From an uncultured Cellvibrionaceae bacterium (GTDB taxonomy: Bacteria > Pseudomonadota > Gammaproteobacteria > Pseudomonadales > Cellvibrionaceae), in assembly GCA_964448175.1 (NCBI GenBank), contig CAYUVQ010000002.1:80111-144110 (forward strand): a stretch of 64,000 nucleotides of DNA, written 5' to 3'. Both the position numbers and the translations under genes were made by a program. This document shows positions 49,538 to 58,882 of the stretch, piece after piece (positions within the stretch are counted from its first letter, which is position 1; the number at the start of each line of letters is the position of its first letter). The notes below the pieces were generated by a model. It was not told the origin of the DNA, did no database searches, and was given only the letters and a program-made list of their open reading frames with translations.

Positions 49538-51079
49538 ATGACTGTTTCGCCCTTTGCATCGCGTCTCCAGGCCCTGCCAAACTGGTTGGCCTGTAGTTTA
49601 TCTCTGGGGGCCGGCGCGCTGGTTCCGCTCAGTCTCGCACCGTTCAAAATCTGGCCCCTGGGTATTGTCGGAATGGCCGTTCTGGCGCTGTTGCTGGAGC
49701 AGCGTTCACTGAAACACGTATTCCAGCGCGCCTGGTATTTCGGGGTCGGCTTATACGGGTTGGGCGTTTCGTGGATCTATGTGAGCATCCATAACTTTGG
49801 CGGTGCATCCCCTCTGTTGGCCGGTTTTTTAACGCTGATTTTTGTGTGTTTTATGGCGCTGATGTTCAGCCTGCCGTTCTACGTTTATGGACGCTGGTTC
49901 AGTCGCTGGCGCTGGAGCTTGATCATCGCCTTCCCGGCCTGCTGGCTGTTGGGCGAATGTTTTCGCTATTGGTTTTTGACTGGTTTCCCCTGGCTATACA
50001 GTGGCTACGCGCATTTGCATACACCTCTAGCCGGCTGGGCGCCGGTGATCGGAGTGATCGGGTTAGGTTTTATCTGCGCCCTAACGGCCGGCGTTCTGGC
50101 ACAGGCACTCTGGCAGTGGCAGCAGCGCAGCCTGGGAGTGCTGACTGGGCTGGTGGCCTTGGTATGGGTGGCCGGGTTTATCGGTAAAGATATTGCCTGG
50201 ACGCAGTTGGACGACGAGCCGATCAAAGTCGCTATGGTCCAGCCAAACATTTCCCAGGACATCAAATGGAGCGCGGGATTTGTTGAACCGACGCTGGATC
50301 TGTTACGCGACATGACGGATGAGCTGTGGGACAACGATTGGGTAATCTGGCCGGAAGCCGCTATTCCCCTGACTTATCATCAGGCGCTTCCGTTTTTGAA
50401 TGAAATAAATGATCGGGCCACCGAAACAGGGACCGGGCTGATCACCGGTATCATCTACGACGACCCGCAGGATCAGCGCTACTACAATTCTGTCACCGGG
50501 TTTGGTGACGCCATGGGTATTTATCATAAACGCCGACTGGTGCCGTTCGGCGAGTACGTCCCGCTGGAAGACTGGCTGCGCGGCCTTATTCATTTCTTTG
50601 ATCTGCCCACCTCCATCATCGCTTTTGGTCCGAGGGAGCAACGTGGAATCCAGATTGAGCAGGTGGCGGTGTCACCGTCGGTGTGTTACGAGCTGGTCTA
50701 CCCCGATCTGGTGGCATTCAGTGCGCGGGACGCGCAGGTGCTGCTTACTATTAGCAATCTGGGCTGGTTTGGTGAATCCATCGGACCCTTGCAGTTTATG
50801 GAGATGGCGCAGATGCGGGCACTGGAGACTGGCCGTCATCTGGTCTACAGCACCAATAACGGCAGCAGTGCCTTTATTGATGAGAAGGGGCACATCATCA
50901 GCGCCAGCCACTCTTTTACTACCGAAACCTTTACCGGCGTCGTCCATGCCGCTGAGGGCTTCACCCCCTTTATGCGCTGGGGCAGCTTACCGCTGGCGGT
51001 GCTGAGCCTCGTGCTATTAGCTGGAGTACGGGTAATGCGAGGTGAAGCGGCGCCACGGGCTGCTGTCAGCGAAGGTTAA
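49538..51079 (+). CDS. lnt: Apolipoprotein N-acyltransferase
   Basis: TGFPW, WPEAA, KRRLVPFGEYVP, VCYE. Confidence 0.95.
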   Translation: MTVSPFASRLQALPNWLACSLSLGAGALVPLSLAPFKIWPLGIVGMAVLALLLEQRSLKHVFQRAWYFGVGLYGLGVSWIYVSIHNFGGASPLLAGFLTLIFVCFMALMFSLPFYVYGRWFSRWRWSLIIAFPACWLLGECFRYWFLTGFPWLYSGYAHLHTPLAGWAPVIGVIGLGFICALTAGVLAQALWQWQQRSLGVLTGLVALVWVAGFIGKDIAWTQLDDEPIKVAMVQPNISQDIKWSAGFVEPTLDLLRDMTDELWDNDWVIWPEAAIPLTYHQALPFLNEINDRATETGTGLITGIIYDDPQDQRYYNSVTGFGDAMGIYHKRRLVPFGEYVPLEDWLRGLIHFFDLPTSIIAFGPREQRGIQIEQVAVSPSVCYELVYPDLVAFSARDAQVLLTISNLGWFGESIGPLQFMEMAQMRALETGRHLVYSTNNGSSAFIDEKGHIISASHSFTTETFTGVVHAAEGFTPFMRWGSLPLAVLSLVLLAGVRVMRGEAAPRAAVSEG

Positions 51080-51531
51080 AACGTCACGGCTGGAGCGACT
51101 TCCTGTGCGACAGCTGGTCGGGCCAGATCCCGCGTCTGGCCATAGGTAATGGGAACGGCAGTCGCCTTGGCAATCCACTCCTGCAGGCGCTTGCCCTCGT
51201 CCAGATTGTTCAGCATGACGAACTTGTAGCTCACCAGTTCCGCTTCATTCCATACGATATCGAAGCGGCCGAACAGGCTGCCTTGCTGTGGATGAAACAC
51301 GTGGCGGTAAAATTGCGTGCTCACGGGATGCAGGCCCAGCCGCTGTACCAGCTGTGGCAGGTAAGTCGCGGCATTTCGGGAAATAGAGCCGCTGGCATTG
51401 TTCTGCCTGTCTGACATGAAAACCGCTACGGTACCCGCCAGTGCGAGTACCTTAACGTCTACGCCCACCTCCACGTTGTCTCGATCAAGCAACAACATGA
51501 CGGTCATCTTAGGTAAACAAGTGGCTTTCAT
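51076..51531 (-). CDS. Hypothetical protein (paralog B)
   Basis: Intact 151-aa ORF sharing a gapless motif with the neighbouring ORF. Confidence 0.7.
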   Translation of the reverse strand: MKATCLPKMTVMLLLDRDNVEVGVDVKVLALAGTVAVFMSDRQNNASGSISRNAATYLPQLVQRLGLHPVSTQFYRHVFHPQQGSLFGRFDIVWNEAELVSYKFVMLNNLDEGKRLQEWIAKATAVPITYGQTRDLARPAVAQEVAPAVTF

Positions 51532-51550
51532 AGCGTTCCGTTTATGAATT

Positions 51551-51937
51551 TCAGGTGGCTGCCGCCTTTAGTTGAGCGCACGGATCAAGCAAGCGCATTA
51601 ACTGTTGTCGTTGACCGGGGGAGGTGATCATTTCACCTCGACCGGAGAGGGGTGCTGTTCCAACCCACTCAAATCGCCAGCGCCACAGACTTTGCTCTTC
51701 TGCGGTGCAGCGCAATTCGATCAATTCAAAACGCTTTGTGTCAAGTTGAAAACGGTGCAGTAGCTGAAACGCGAAATGGTCGGCATTTTTTCCGACAAAA
51801 CTGGAAGCCTGCTGGCTTAATGCCGTGACAAACACATAATCGCGCGCCTCGGTGGGTATATGGGTAACCCCCAGAAAAACTTTTTGACCGAGGCGATTAT
51901 CAAGCTCCATACGAGTAAAACAGGAATAGTGATGCAT
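51551..51937 (-). CDS. Hypothetical protein (paralog A)
   Basis: Intact 128-aa ORF with AAGG SD-like sequence; 19 bp from paralog B. Confidence 0.7.
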   Translation of the reverse strand: MHHYSCFTRMELDNRLGQKVFLGVTHIPTEARDYVFVTALSQQASSFVGKNADHFAFQLLHRFQLDTKRFELIELRCTAEEQSLWRWRFEWVGTAPLSGRGEMITSPGQRQQLMRLLDPCAQLKAAAT

Positions 51938-52196
51938 GCGGGAACACCTTTTTTATAAATATTGTTGTCGTGACTGGCAGACCCTTGCCTGTGCCACGCC
52001 CCCGTCGCTGGCCCGACTTGTTGGGGGGCGGCAGTTTACGCGCAATCGGCTGATGCGCAAGGGATAGACCCGATAAAACCGGGATTTATCCGCCAAAATA
52101 AAAATTCTTCTGTGGCCATTATCCGTCTCTTCCATTACCGGCGTGTTAACCGCCTGATACACACCACTTTAGGCTGCAGACTCGCCAGGCGGTGGA

Positions 52197-54212
52197 TCAG
52201 CGCGGCGGAACATCTCGTTTTAACAAGCGGGCTATCTCCGACTGCAGTTCAAACAGATTGATGGGCTTTGAGGCAAAACCATCCATGCCCGCGCCCCGCG
52301 CCGCTAATTTATCCGCGTCCAACACACTGGCGGTGAGGGCAATAATGGGCGTAGGCGCTACATGGGCATCCCGTTCGTATTGGCGTATATGCTGGCTCGC
52401 ACTCAGGCCATCCATTACCGGCATTTGCACATCCATCAACACCACGTCGAATGTCTGCTGCTGGAACAGCGCGAGCGCTTCGGCACCGTTCGTTGCCGAG
52501 GTGACCTCATGACCACCTTTGCGCAACAAAATTTCCAGTAGCTGCACATTCGGCACGACATCATCGACTACCAGGATGCGCAGTGGCGGCAGACTCACCT
52601 GTTTGCGCTCAGGGCGCGCCTGGAGTTCGCCGCGCGCCAAAGGGATACGAAAGGTAAACACCGACCCTTCCCCCAGCTCACTCGCTACGTGAATGGAGCC
52701 GCCCATCAGTTCAACCAATTGTTTGCTGATGGTTGTGCCCAAACCGGAACCGCCGAAGCGTCGGGTCATGGAAGCGTCGGCCTGGGTGAAGGGTTCGAAG
52801 ATGGTGCTGATCCGGTCTGCAGCGATTCCGATACCACTGTCATGAATCTCAAATTGCGCGAATCGTTCATCTGCAGAAACTTTAACGACTACCCCACCCC
52901 GCTCGGTAAATTTCACCGCATTGCCGATCAAATTCACCAGCACCTGCCGCAGTCGCTGTTCATCACCGCGAAAAAATTCATTTATATCCGGCGGATATTC
53001 CAGCTGCAGTGTCAGGCCTTTCTGCTCCGCGCTGACCTTGAAGGTGGCCAGCACCTGGTTGAGTAATTCACGCAAGGAAAAGTTGACGTTTTCCAGTTCA
53101 ACCACCCCCCGCTCCAGCCGTGCCGTATCGAGCACGTCGTTCAGAAGATGCAGCAGGGACGCTGAGGCGTGATTGATCGTATCGAGATATTGTTTTTGGT
53201 CCGGCGCCAGGGGAGTCTGCAGCAGGATGTCGATAAAGCCGATGATGGCATTCATCGGGGTACGGATTTCGTGACTCATGTTGGCCAGAAACTCTGTTTT
53301 GACCGCCGCCGCGTGCTCAGCCTTCAGTTTTTCATAGCGCAATACCTGCTCCATCTCATAGCGCTGGGTGATATCGAGGATGACACCGTCAAGCCACACC
53401 ACTTCGCCGGCATCATTGAAGATCAGACTGCCGTTTTCCCATACCCAGCGGACCCGCCCGTCTTTATGGATAATGCGGTATTCCATCTCAAAATTTTTTT
53501 CGTCGCTGAGGGTGTGCAACCCGATATGTCCCTGGTCTTCAGGATGCACGATGTCGATAAAGGTGAGCCCATCCGGCCGCATAAAGTCGGCAGCGGGGTA
53601 ACCGGTAAACTCTTCCACCGCATCACTGATGTACAACATGGTCCAGCGCCGATCCGGCAGGCACCGGTAAGAAATCCCCGGCAGGTTACCCACCAGGGAA
53701 CGGAATTTTTCTTCACTTTCCCGCAACGCCACCTCAAACCGTTTGCGTTCCGTGCTGTCGCTGATCACCGCTACATACAACTCGCGACCCGAAGACAACA
53801 GCGACCCAAGCGTCAGGTGCAAAGGCATGGAGCCGCCGTTCTTGTGCAACCCGATGACTTCGCGGGAGGCGTATTGCCGATCATTAAGAGTGGGCAACAG
53901 CGCGGTGATTGTTTTACCCGCCATCTCTTTCGCTGACCAGCCGAACAGCCGCTCGGCCGCCGGGTTGGCCGCACAGATTATTCCCTCGGCATCAAACCAG
54001 ATGAAACTGTCGGTAGCGGTATCGAGGATGGTTCTGTACTGCAGCTGTTGCCGGTGTAGACAGTGAGACAGACGGCGCATGCGCAGCAGACTCATCACCG
54101 CCACCACCAGTAAGACGACAGCGACGATCGACACGCCAACCAATGTCGTGTGCAGATCGTAGGCGTCAAACAACAGCGGGGTTTCGCCTGTGTTATTGAT
54201 GTGTATGGCCAC
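52197..54212 (-). CDS. PAS-PAS hybrid histidine kinase/response regulator
   Basis: One TM, two PAS, SHEIRTPMN, NAVKFT, GSGLG, C-terminal receiver. Confidence 0.92.
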   Translation of the reverse strand: MAIHINNTGETPLLFDAYDLHTTLVGVSIVAVVLLVVAVMSLLRMRRLSHCLHRQQLQYRTILDTATDSFIWFDAEGIICAANPAAERLFGWSAKEMAGKTITALLPTLNDRQYASREVIGLHKNGGSMPLHLTLGSLLSSGRELYVAVISDSTERKRFEVALRESEEKFRSLVGNLPGISYRCLPDRRWTMLYISDAVEEFTGYPAADFMRPDGLTFIDIVHPEDQGHIGLHTLSDEKNFEMEYRIIHKDGRVRWVWENGSLIFNDAGEVVWLDGVILDITQRYEMEQVLRYEKLKAEHAAAVKTEFLANMSHEIRTPMNAIIGFIDILLQTPLAPDQKQYLDTINHASASLLHLLNDVLDTARLERGVVELENVNFSLRELLNQVLATFKVSAEQKGLTLQLEYPPDINEFFRGDEQRLRQVLVNLIGNAVKFTERGGVVVKVSADERFAQFEIHDSGIGIAADRISTIFEPFTQADASMTRRFGGSGLGTTISKQLVELMGGSIHVASELGEGSVFTFRIPLARGELQARPERKQVSLPPLRILVVDDVVPNVQLLEILLRKGGHEVTSATNGAEALALFQQQTFDVVLMDVQMPVMDGLSASQHIRQYERDAHVAPTPIIALTASVLDADKLAARGAGMDGFASKPINLFELQSEIARLLKRDVPPR

Positions 54213-54323
54213 ACCTTAGCCTCGTGAATGTACCGTCCTGTGCAGGATACCGGCGGGTGCATGGGGAGCTTTGCGCATGTTCAAGCATAGACTGCGCGGA
54301 GGGAGAGCGCTAATCAGCGATGG

Positions 54324-55292
54324 TTAATGTGAATCGAGAGCGTCCAGCGAGACCCCGGCGGCCAGATCCACCGCGCCGCAAATACGGTTGCGTCCCTCCG
54401 CTTTGGCGCAATAGAGCGCTTTGTCCGCTTGGGCGATCAGGCCCTCAGCCGGCGCGGCGCGCGCACTGGCGATGCCGCCGCTGAGTGTGAGGATGCCGTA
54501 GGGGCTGCGTGCATGAACAAGTGCCAGGAGCTGCACTGCCTGACGCGCACGCTCAGCCGCATGACTGGCGTCGCTCAGATCCGAACCAGGCAACAGCATC
54601 AACAGCTCTTCACCACCGTACCGATAAAGCGTATCCCCCTGACGCATAGTGTCCCGGATCGCGGCTACCACCATCTGCAGCGCCTGATCGCCTTCGACAT
54701 GCCCGTAATGATCGTTGTAGGGCTTGAAATAATCGAGGTCCAGCAAGGCCACCGCATAGTTCTGGTGCGTGCGCCGGGCGGTGGCGGCAACTTTAGCTAT
54801 ATCCGCATCCATGGCGCGACGGTTGCCGATACCCAGTAATGGGTCTTCCCGGGACTGGGCGCGCAACTCAATATTGGCATTGATCAGGGCAGATTGCTGT
54901 TCAAGGAGGTCGACATAGAGGTGAACAAGATCGGTGTGAGTCACCATCCCCACCAGACAGTCCTGTTGGTCCACCACCGGCAGGTGGCGCACACGATGGG
55001 TACGGGCCAGACGCAATGCTTCAGATAATCCAGCATCCTGCTGCACGCACACCGGGTCCGGAGTCATTACCGCTGCGACCGGGCAGGCTGGGATGACTCC
55101 GGAATGTAAGGCTTGGGCGAATGCGCCAAGCAGATCCCGCTCCGTCAATATGCCCTTCACCAGACCTTCAGGGGTGACAATCACTGCACAGGAATGATTG
55201 TTGGCGCGCATGATGGAGACCACATCAATCAAGAGATCATCTTCCCCAGCAGAAGAACCCACAGAGGTCATCAACTCGCGTACGGTCGCCAT
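54324..55292 (-). CDS. CBS-pair GGDEF protein
   Basis: Two CBS motifs; FKPYNDHYGH, RQGD, GGEEL. Confidence 0.9.
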   Translation of the reverse strand: MATVRELMTSVGSSAGEDDLLIDVVSIMRANNHSCAVIVTPEGLVKGILTERDLLGAFAQALHSGVIPACPVAAVMTPDPVCVQQDAGLSEALRLARTHRVRHLPVVDQQDCLVGMVTHTDLVHLYVDLLEQQSALINANIELRAQSREDPLLGIGNRRAMDADIAKVAATARRTHQNYAVALLDLDYFKPYNDHYGHVEGDQALQMVVAAIRDTMRQGDTLYRYGGEELLMLLPGSDLSDASHAAERARQAVQLLALVHARSPYGILTLSGGIASARAAPAEGLIAQADKALYCAKAEGRNRICGAVDLAAGVSLDALDSH

Positions 55293-55467
55293 AATTTATC
55301 CTTGAGAGCAGCTCTGAATCCTATCTGCCCCGATCGTTATATTATGCGCGGCAGGTACTGATGAAATAAGCCGCGGATCATACCACGACTGTCGTTAAAA
55401 TCTTCAAAAAATGAACAACAAACATACGAAAAGTGTGAGAAGTAACCGCCACTCTTATGCCTTTAGA

Positions 55468-55496
55468 TTGACACCGCGCCCTATGACACACAGAAT
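55468..55496 (+). promoter_or_regulatory. Sigma70 promoter for the FG-GAP lipoprotein
   Basis: TTGACA-N17-CAGAAT; favours ATG 55531. Confidence 0.6.
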
Positions 55497-55530
55497 CGCC
55501 GACTACGTTTTATTTTCAGGAACAGGCTGC

Positions 55531-57684
55531 ATGAATATTGACCGAATCCCGCGTTTGCTTAGTCGTAGCGCACTTGTTTTATCACTTTTTACCGGCGTTA
55601 CCTTACTGACCGCATGTGGCGGAGCCGATAAGAAGGAAGATATCTTTCCGCCGCCAAGCAGCAGTTCTTCCAGCCTTTCCAGCTCCAGCTCATCCAGCTC
55701 CAGCGCCGATGCCGTCTGGCCTGGCATCAACGTAACGGCTACTTCGCCCAAGACCCTGTCATTCAGCTGGACCCCGGTGGAGAATGCCCTGTCCTATCGC
55801 CTTTATAAGAATGCAGATGGCAGCAGCGGTTTTGTTCAGGTGGGAGGTGAGCTGACCAGCACTAGTGCCACCGACACTGTCAGCGTACATCTGCATGACT
55901 GGGTTAACGCCACCTATTATGTTGACGCCTGCCTCTCCGCCGACTGTGCGGATAAAACAACGTCCACCACGGTTAACTCATCAGGTGCGATGCTGGGCGC
56001 AATCGGTTATTTCAAAGCCTCGAATACTGACACCAGCGACTGGTTCGGCTGGAGTCTCGATATTTCAGCGGACGGTCAGACTCTAGTGGTAGCCGCTCCC
56101 GCCGAAGACAGTAATGCTACGGGTGTGAATGGTGACCAAACCAGCAACACGAGTCCATCGGCTGGCGCTGTGTATGTGTTTGCACTGGTAGATGGTGTCT
56201 GGACTCAGCAGGCCTATATCAAAGCGTCAAATACTGAACAGCCCAATGAAGACAAGGAGCTGGTAATAACCAATGACCGCTTCGGGTACCGCGTGGCCTT
56301 GTCAGCCGATGGAAATACGCTGGCGGTTACCGCATTGCTGGAAGACAGTGCTGCCGTGGGCATTAACTGTAACCAAGGCAACTATCTGGTAAAAAATGCC
56401 GAGGGGAAGATTGTTCCGGCAAACATTAATACCGGTGCGGTTTATATCTTTACCCGCGATGGTTCCACCTGGGGTCAAGAGGCTTATCTGAAGCCTTTCA
56501 ACCTTCAGCAGCAGTTTGGCTACAGCCTCGCGATTTCAGCTGACGGCAATACACTGGCGGTAGGTTCGATAAGTGAATCCACCATGCTGGGAGGCATACC
56601 CACTTTCAGCAGCTCGAGCAGCAATTCTGCGCTGTGTGAAGATGCCAACACCTCTCCGGGCAGCGCATCCAGCTCTTCGAGCAGCAATTCATCCTCAAGC
56701 AGTTCATCAAGCGTCAGCACAAGCTCATCAAGCTCCAGCCCGACGCTCGGTGGAGCAAATTCCGGGGCGGTATATATATTTAATCGCGATGGCGGAGTCT
56801 GGAGCCAGGCGGTGTATATCAAAGCCTCTAATGCGGGCGCAGAAGATTATTTTGGTACGAGCGTAGCTTTATCCGCAGACGGCAACAGACTGGCGGTTGG
56901 TGCCCCGGGTGAAGACAGTTCAGCTACGGGCGTCAATGGAAATCAGAGTATCAATCACGCCGTTGGCAACCGGTTCAGCGGTTACCAGTTCTTGAACGCA
57001 GGTGCTGTATACATGTTTACTCGCACCGACAATGTCTGGACTCAGGATACCTATCTGAAACCGGATCATGTCTCCTGGGGACTCACATTCGGCTCCAGTG
57101 TGGATCTTTCTGCAGATGGAACCACCCTGGCGGTAGGCGCCACTGGCGATATCAGCCGTGCGACTGGTATCAACGGCAACCCTGCTGACTACGAGCTATT
57201 CAACAAAGAGTTTGATCTGTTATACCCCTTTAACACTACCTTGTCATACGGTGCAGCCTACGTATTCACCCATAACGGTAATACCTGGACGCAGGATGCT
57301 TACATCAAAGCCTCAAACGCCGAAGAGACGGATAAATTTGGCCACCGCGTGAAGGTATCAGCAGACGGTTCTCGCCTTGCTGTCAGCAGCATTATTGAAG
57401 GCAGTGCATCCAGAGGCATCAACGGTGACGAAACCGACAACTCTAAATTGAATACTGGCGCTGTGTATGTTTACGGCCTCGAAGCAGGTAGCTGGAAAAA
57501 GATCAGCTACGTCAAACCATCCAATACCCGTGGAGGTGATCGCTTTGGTGCGGCCGTGGGTCTCAGTGAAGACGGAAGCACCATGGCAGTAGGCGGCTAC
57601 CGCGATGCCAGCAAAGCGACCGGCATAAACGGTGACCAGAACGATGATTCAGCACCGTCAGCCGGTGCGGTTTATCTCTACTAG
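55531..57684 (+). CDS. Lipoprotein with FN3-like domain, FG-GAP (integrin-alpha-like) propeller repeats and poly-Ser tracts
   Basis: Lipobox LTAC; repeats of Y.K.SN....D.FG..V.LSADG..LAV and GAVY.F; two Ser runs. Confidence 0.88.
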   Translation: MNIDRIPRLLSRSALVLSLFTGVTLLTACGGADKKEDIFPPPSSSSSSLSSSSSSSSSADAVWPGINVTATSPKTLSFSWTPVENALSYRLYKNADGSSGFVQVGGELTSTSATDTVSVHLHDWVNATYYVDACLSADCADKTTSTTVNSSGAMLGAIGYFKASNTDTSDWFGWSLDISADGQTLVVAAPAEDSNATGVNGDQTSNTSPSAGAVYVFALVDGVWTQQAYIKASNTEQPNEDKELVITNDRFGYRVALSADGNTLAVTALLEDSAAVGINCNQGNYLVKNAEGKIVPANINTGAVYIFTRDGSTWGQEAYLKPFNLQQQFGYSLAISADGNTLAVGSISESTMLGGIPTFSSSSSNSALCEDANTSPGSASSSSSSNSSSSSSSSVSTSSSSSSPTLGGANSGAVYIFNRDGGVWSQAVYIKASNAGAEDYFGTSVALSADGNRLAVGAPGEDSSATGVNGNQSINHAVGNRFSGYQFLNAGAVYMFTRTDNVWTQDTYLKPDHVSWGLTFGSSVDLSADGTTLAVGATGDISRATGINGNPADYELFNKEFDLLYPFNTTLSYGAAYVFTHNGNTWTQDAYIKASNAEETDKFGHRVKVSADGSRLAVSSIIEGSASRGINGDETDNSKLNTGAVYVYGLEAGSWKKISYVKPSNTRGGDRFGAAVGLSEDGSTMAVGGYRDASKATGINGDQNDDSAPSAGAVYLY

Positions 57685-57699
57685 AAAAACAATGCACGT

Positions 57700-57727
57700 A
57701 AAAAAACCCGCCTCGGCGGGTTTTTTT
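57700..57727. terminator. Bidirectional terminator
   Basis: A-tract, CCCGCC/GGCGGG stem, T-tract. Confidence 0.9.
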
Positions 57728-57788
57728 ATAATGCCTGCTCCGCTTCGGGATAGTCTTTAAGCGGGAATTATCAAGAAAGAGAGAAGCC

Positions 57789-58565
57789 TCAGAGGTTGCT
57801 CGCCTGATGGGAAGCCTTAGCCATATCAATCTCAGCCAGCGCGTCCTGATAACGCTTGTGCAGAATCCGTACGCGTTTCACATAGGCTTTCGTCTCGGCG
57901 AACGGTGGGATGCCTTCGTAGCGTTTAACAGCTCCCGGACCGGCATTGTACGCGGCGAGTGCGAGCGTGACATTTCCACCATGCAGCTTCAGCAGGTACG
58001 CAAGGTATTTCACTCCGCCATGAATATTCTGGGCAGGAGACAATGAATCTTTCACTCCCATATCCCGCGCTGTTGCCGGCATCAGCTGCATTAGCCCCAC
58101 CGCCCCCTTGCGCGAGATAACGCTCTCACGAAACGCGGACTCGGCATGGATGACCGCCCGCACCAAGGCCGGATCAACCTCATGCTTCCGCGCGGCCGAA
58201 TCGATGGGATAGGTATAGGCGTGGGTATTTAATTTGATCGAATGCCAGTCCACCTTGGAGGCGGGATTACACGCAAAGCAGGTATACGTAACCACCTCAT
58301 AACGCGTACTCATCGGTGCCCGGTCAGAAAAAGAAACCACCCCGTCTTTGTTGTACTTGTAGACCTTCAACGCTGGCGCGACCTTGTCATTTTTGCCATC
58401 GCTGAAACTGTTGGGCTTCGCGGGCGCAGCGGTACTTTCCGGCTGACTCACTTCCTGATGCGTCTGCGCATAGACCGTCTGGGCATCACTGGTGGATGCC
58501 AAAACCAAAGCGACTGATCCAGCGAGCCACCCGGCAAGACGGGCGGACAAAATCGATGCATTCAC
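57789..58565 (-). CDS. Slt-family lytic transglycosylase with DUF4124-like N-domain
   Basis: IHAES, GLMQLMP, AYNAG, ETKAYV; YKY..DG.VSFSDR. Confidence 0.92.
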   Translation of the reverse strand: MNASILSARLAGWLAGSVALVLASTSDAQTVYAQTHQEVSQPESTAAPAKPNSFSDGKNDKVAPALKVYKYNKDGVVSFSDRAPMSTRYEVVTYTCFACNPASKVDWHSIKLNTHAYTYPIDSAARKHEVDPALVRAVIHAESAFRESVISRKGAVGLMQLMPATARDMGVKDSLSPAQNIHGGVKYLAYLLKLHGGNVTLALAAYNAGPGAVKRYEGIPPFAETKAYVKRVRILHKRYQDALAEIDMAKASHQASNL

Positions 58566-58882
58566 GGTGTCAGTTGGGTCCGAACAATTTTGGGTCAGAT
58601 AACAGCAGGGGTACTGTTAACGCGGGTAACTGTCAGTGTAGCGCATGGCACACAAGTCTCCAGTTCAGCAACGAGGTGAGGATTTCAGAGTGCGACCTGG
58701 GTCTCATTTGCTTCGGCCGCCACCCCTCCCGTCTGCCAGGTGATCTCGTGCTCTCCTCAAGCATGCTTTTTGTTAAGTAGTGTCTAGAGGCAATGCACCA
58801 GGCGACCGTTCACTTATACTCATTGCAGATTTAGCCATATAAATAAGATCACTAACCAATAACTATTCTTTGTGACCACTCC

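Noticed and set aside
55655-56740. Ser-encoding low-complexity DNA as a phase-variable repeat or CRISPR
   Set aside because: Mixed codons, in frame, with no repeat-spacer structure
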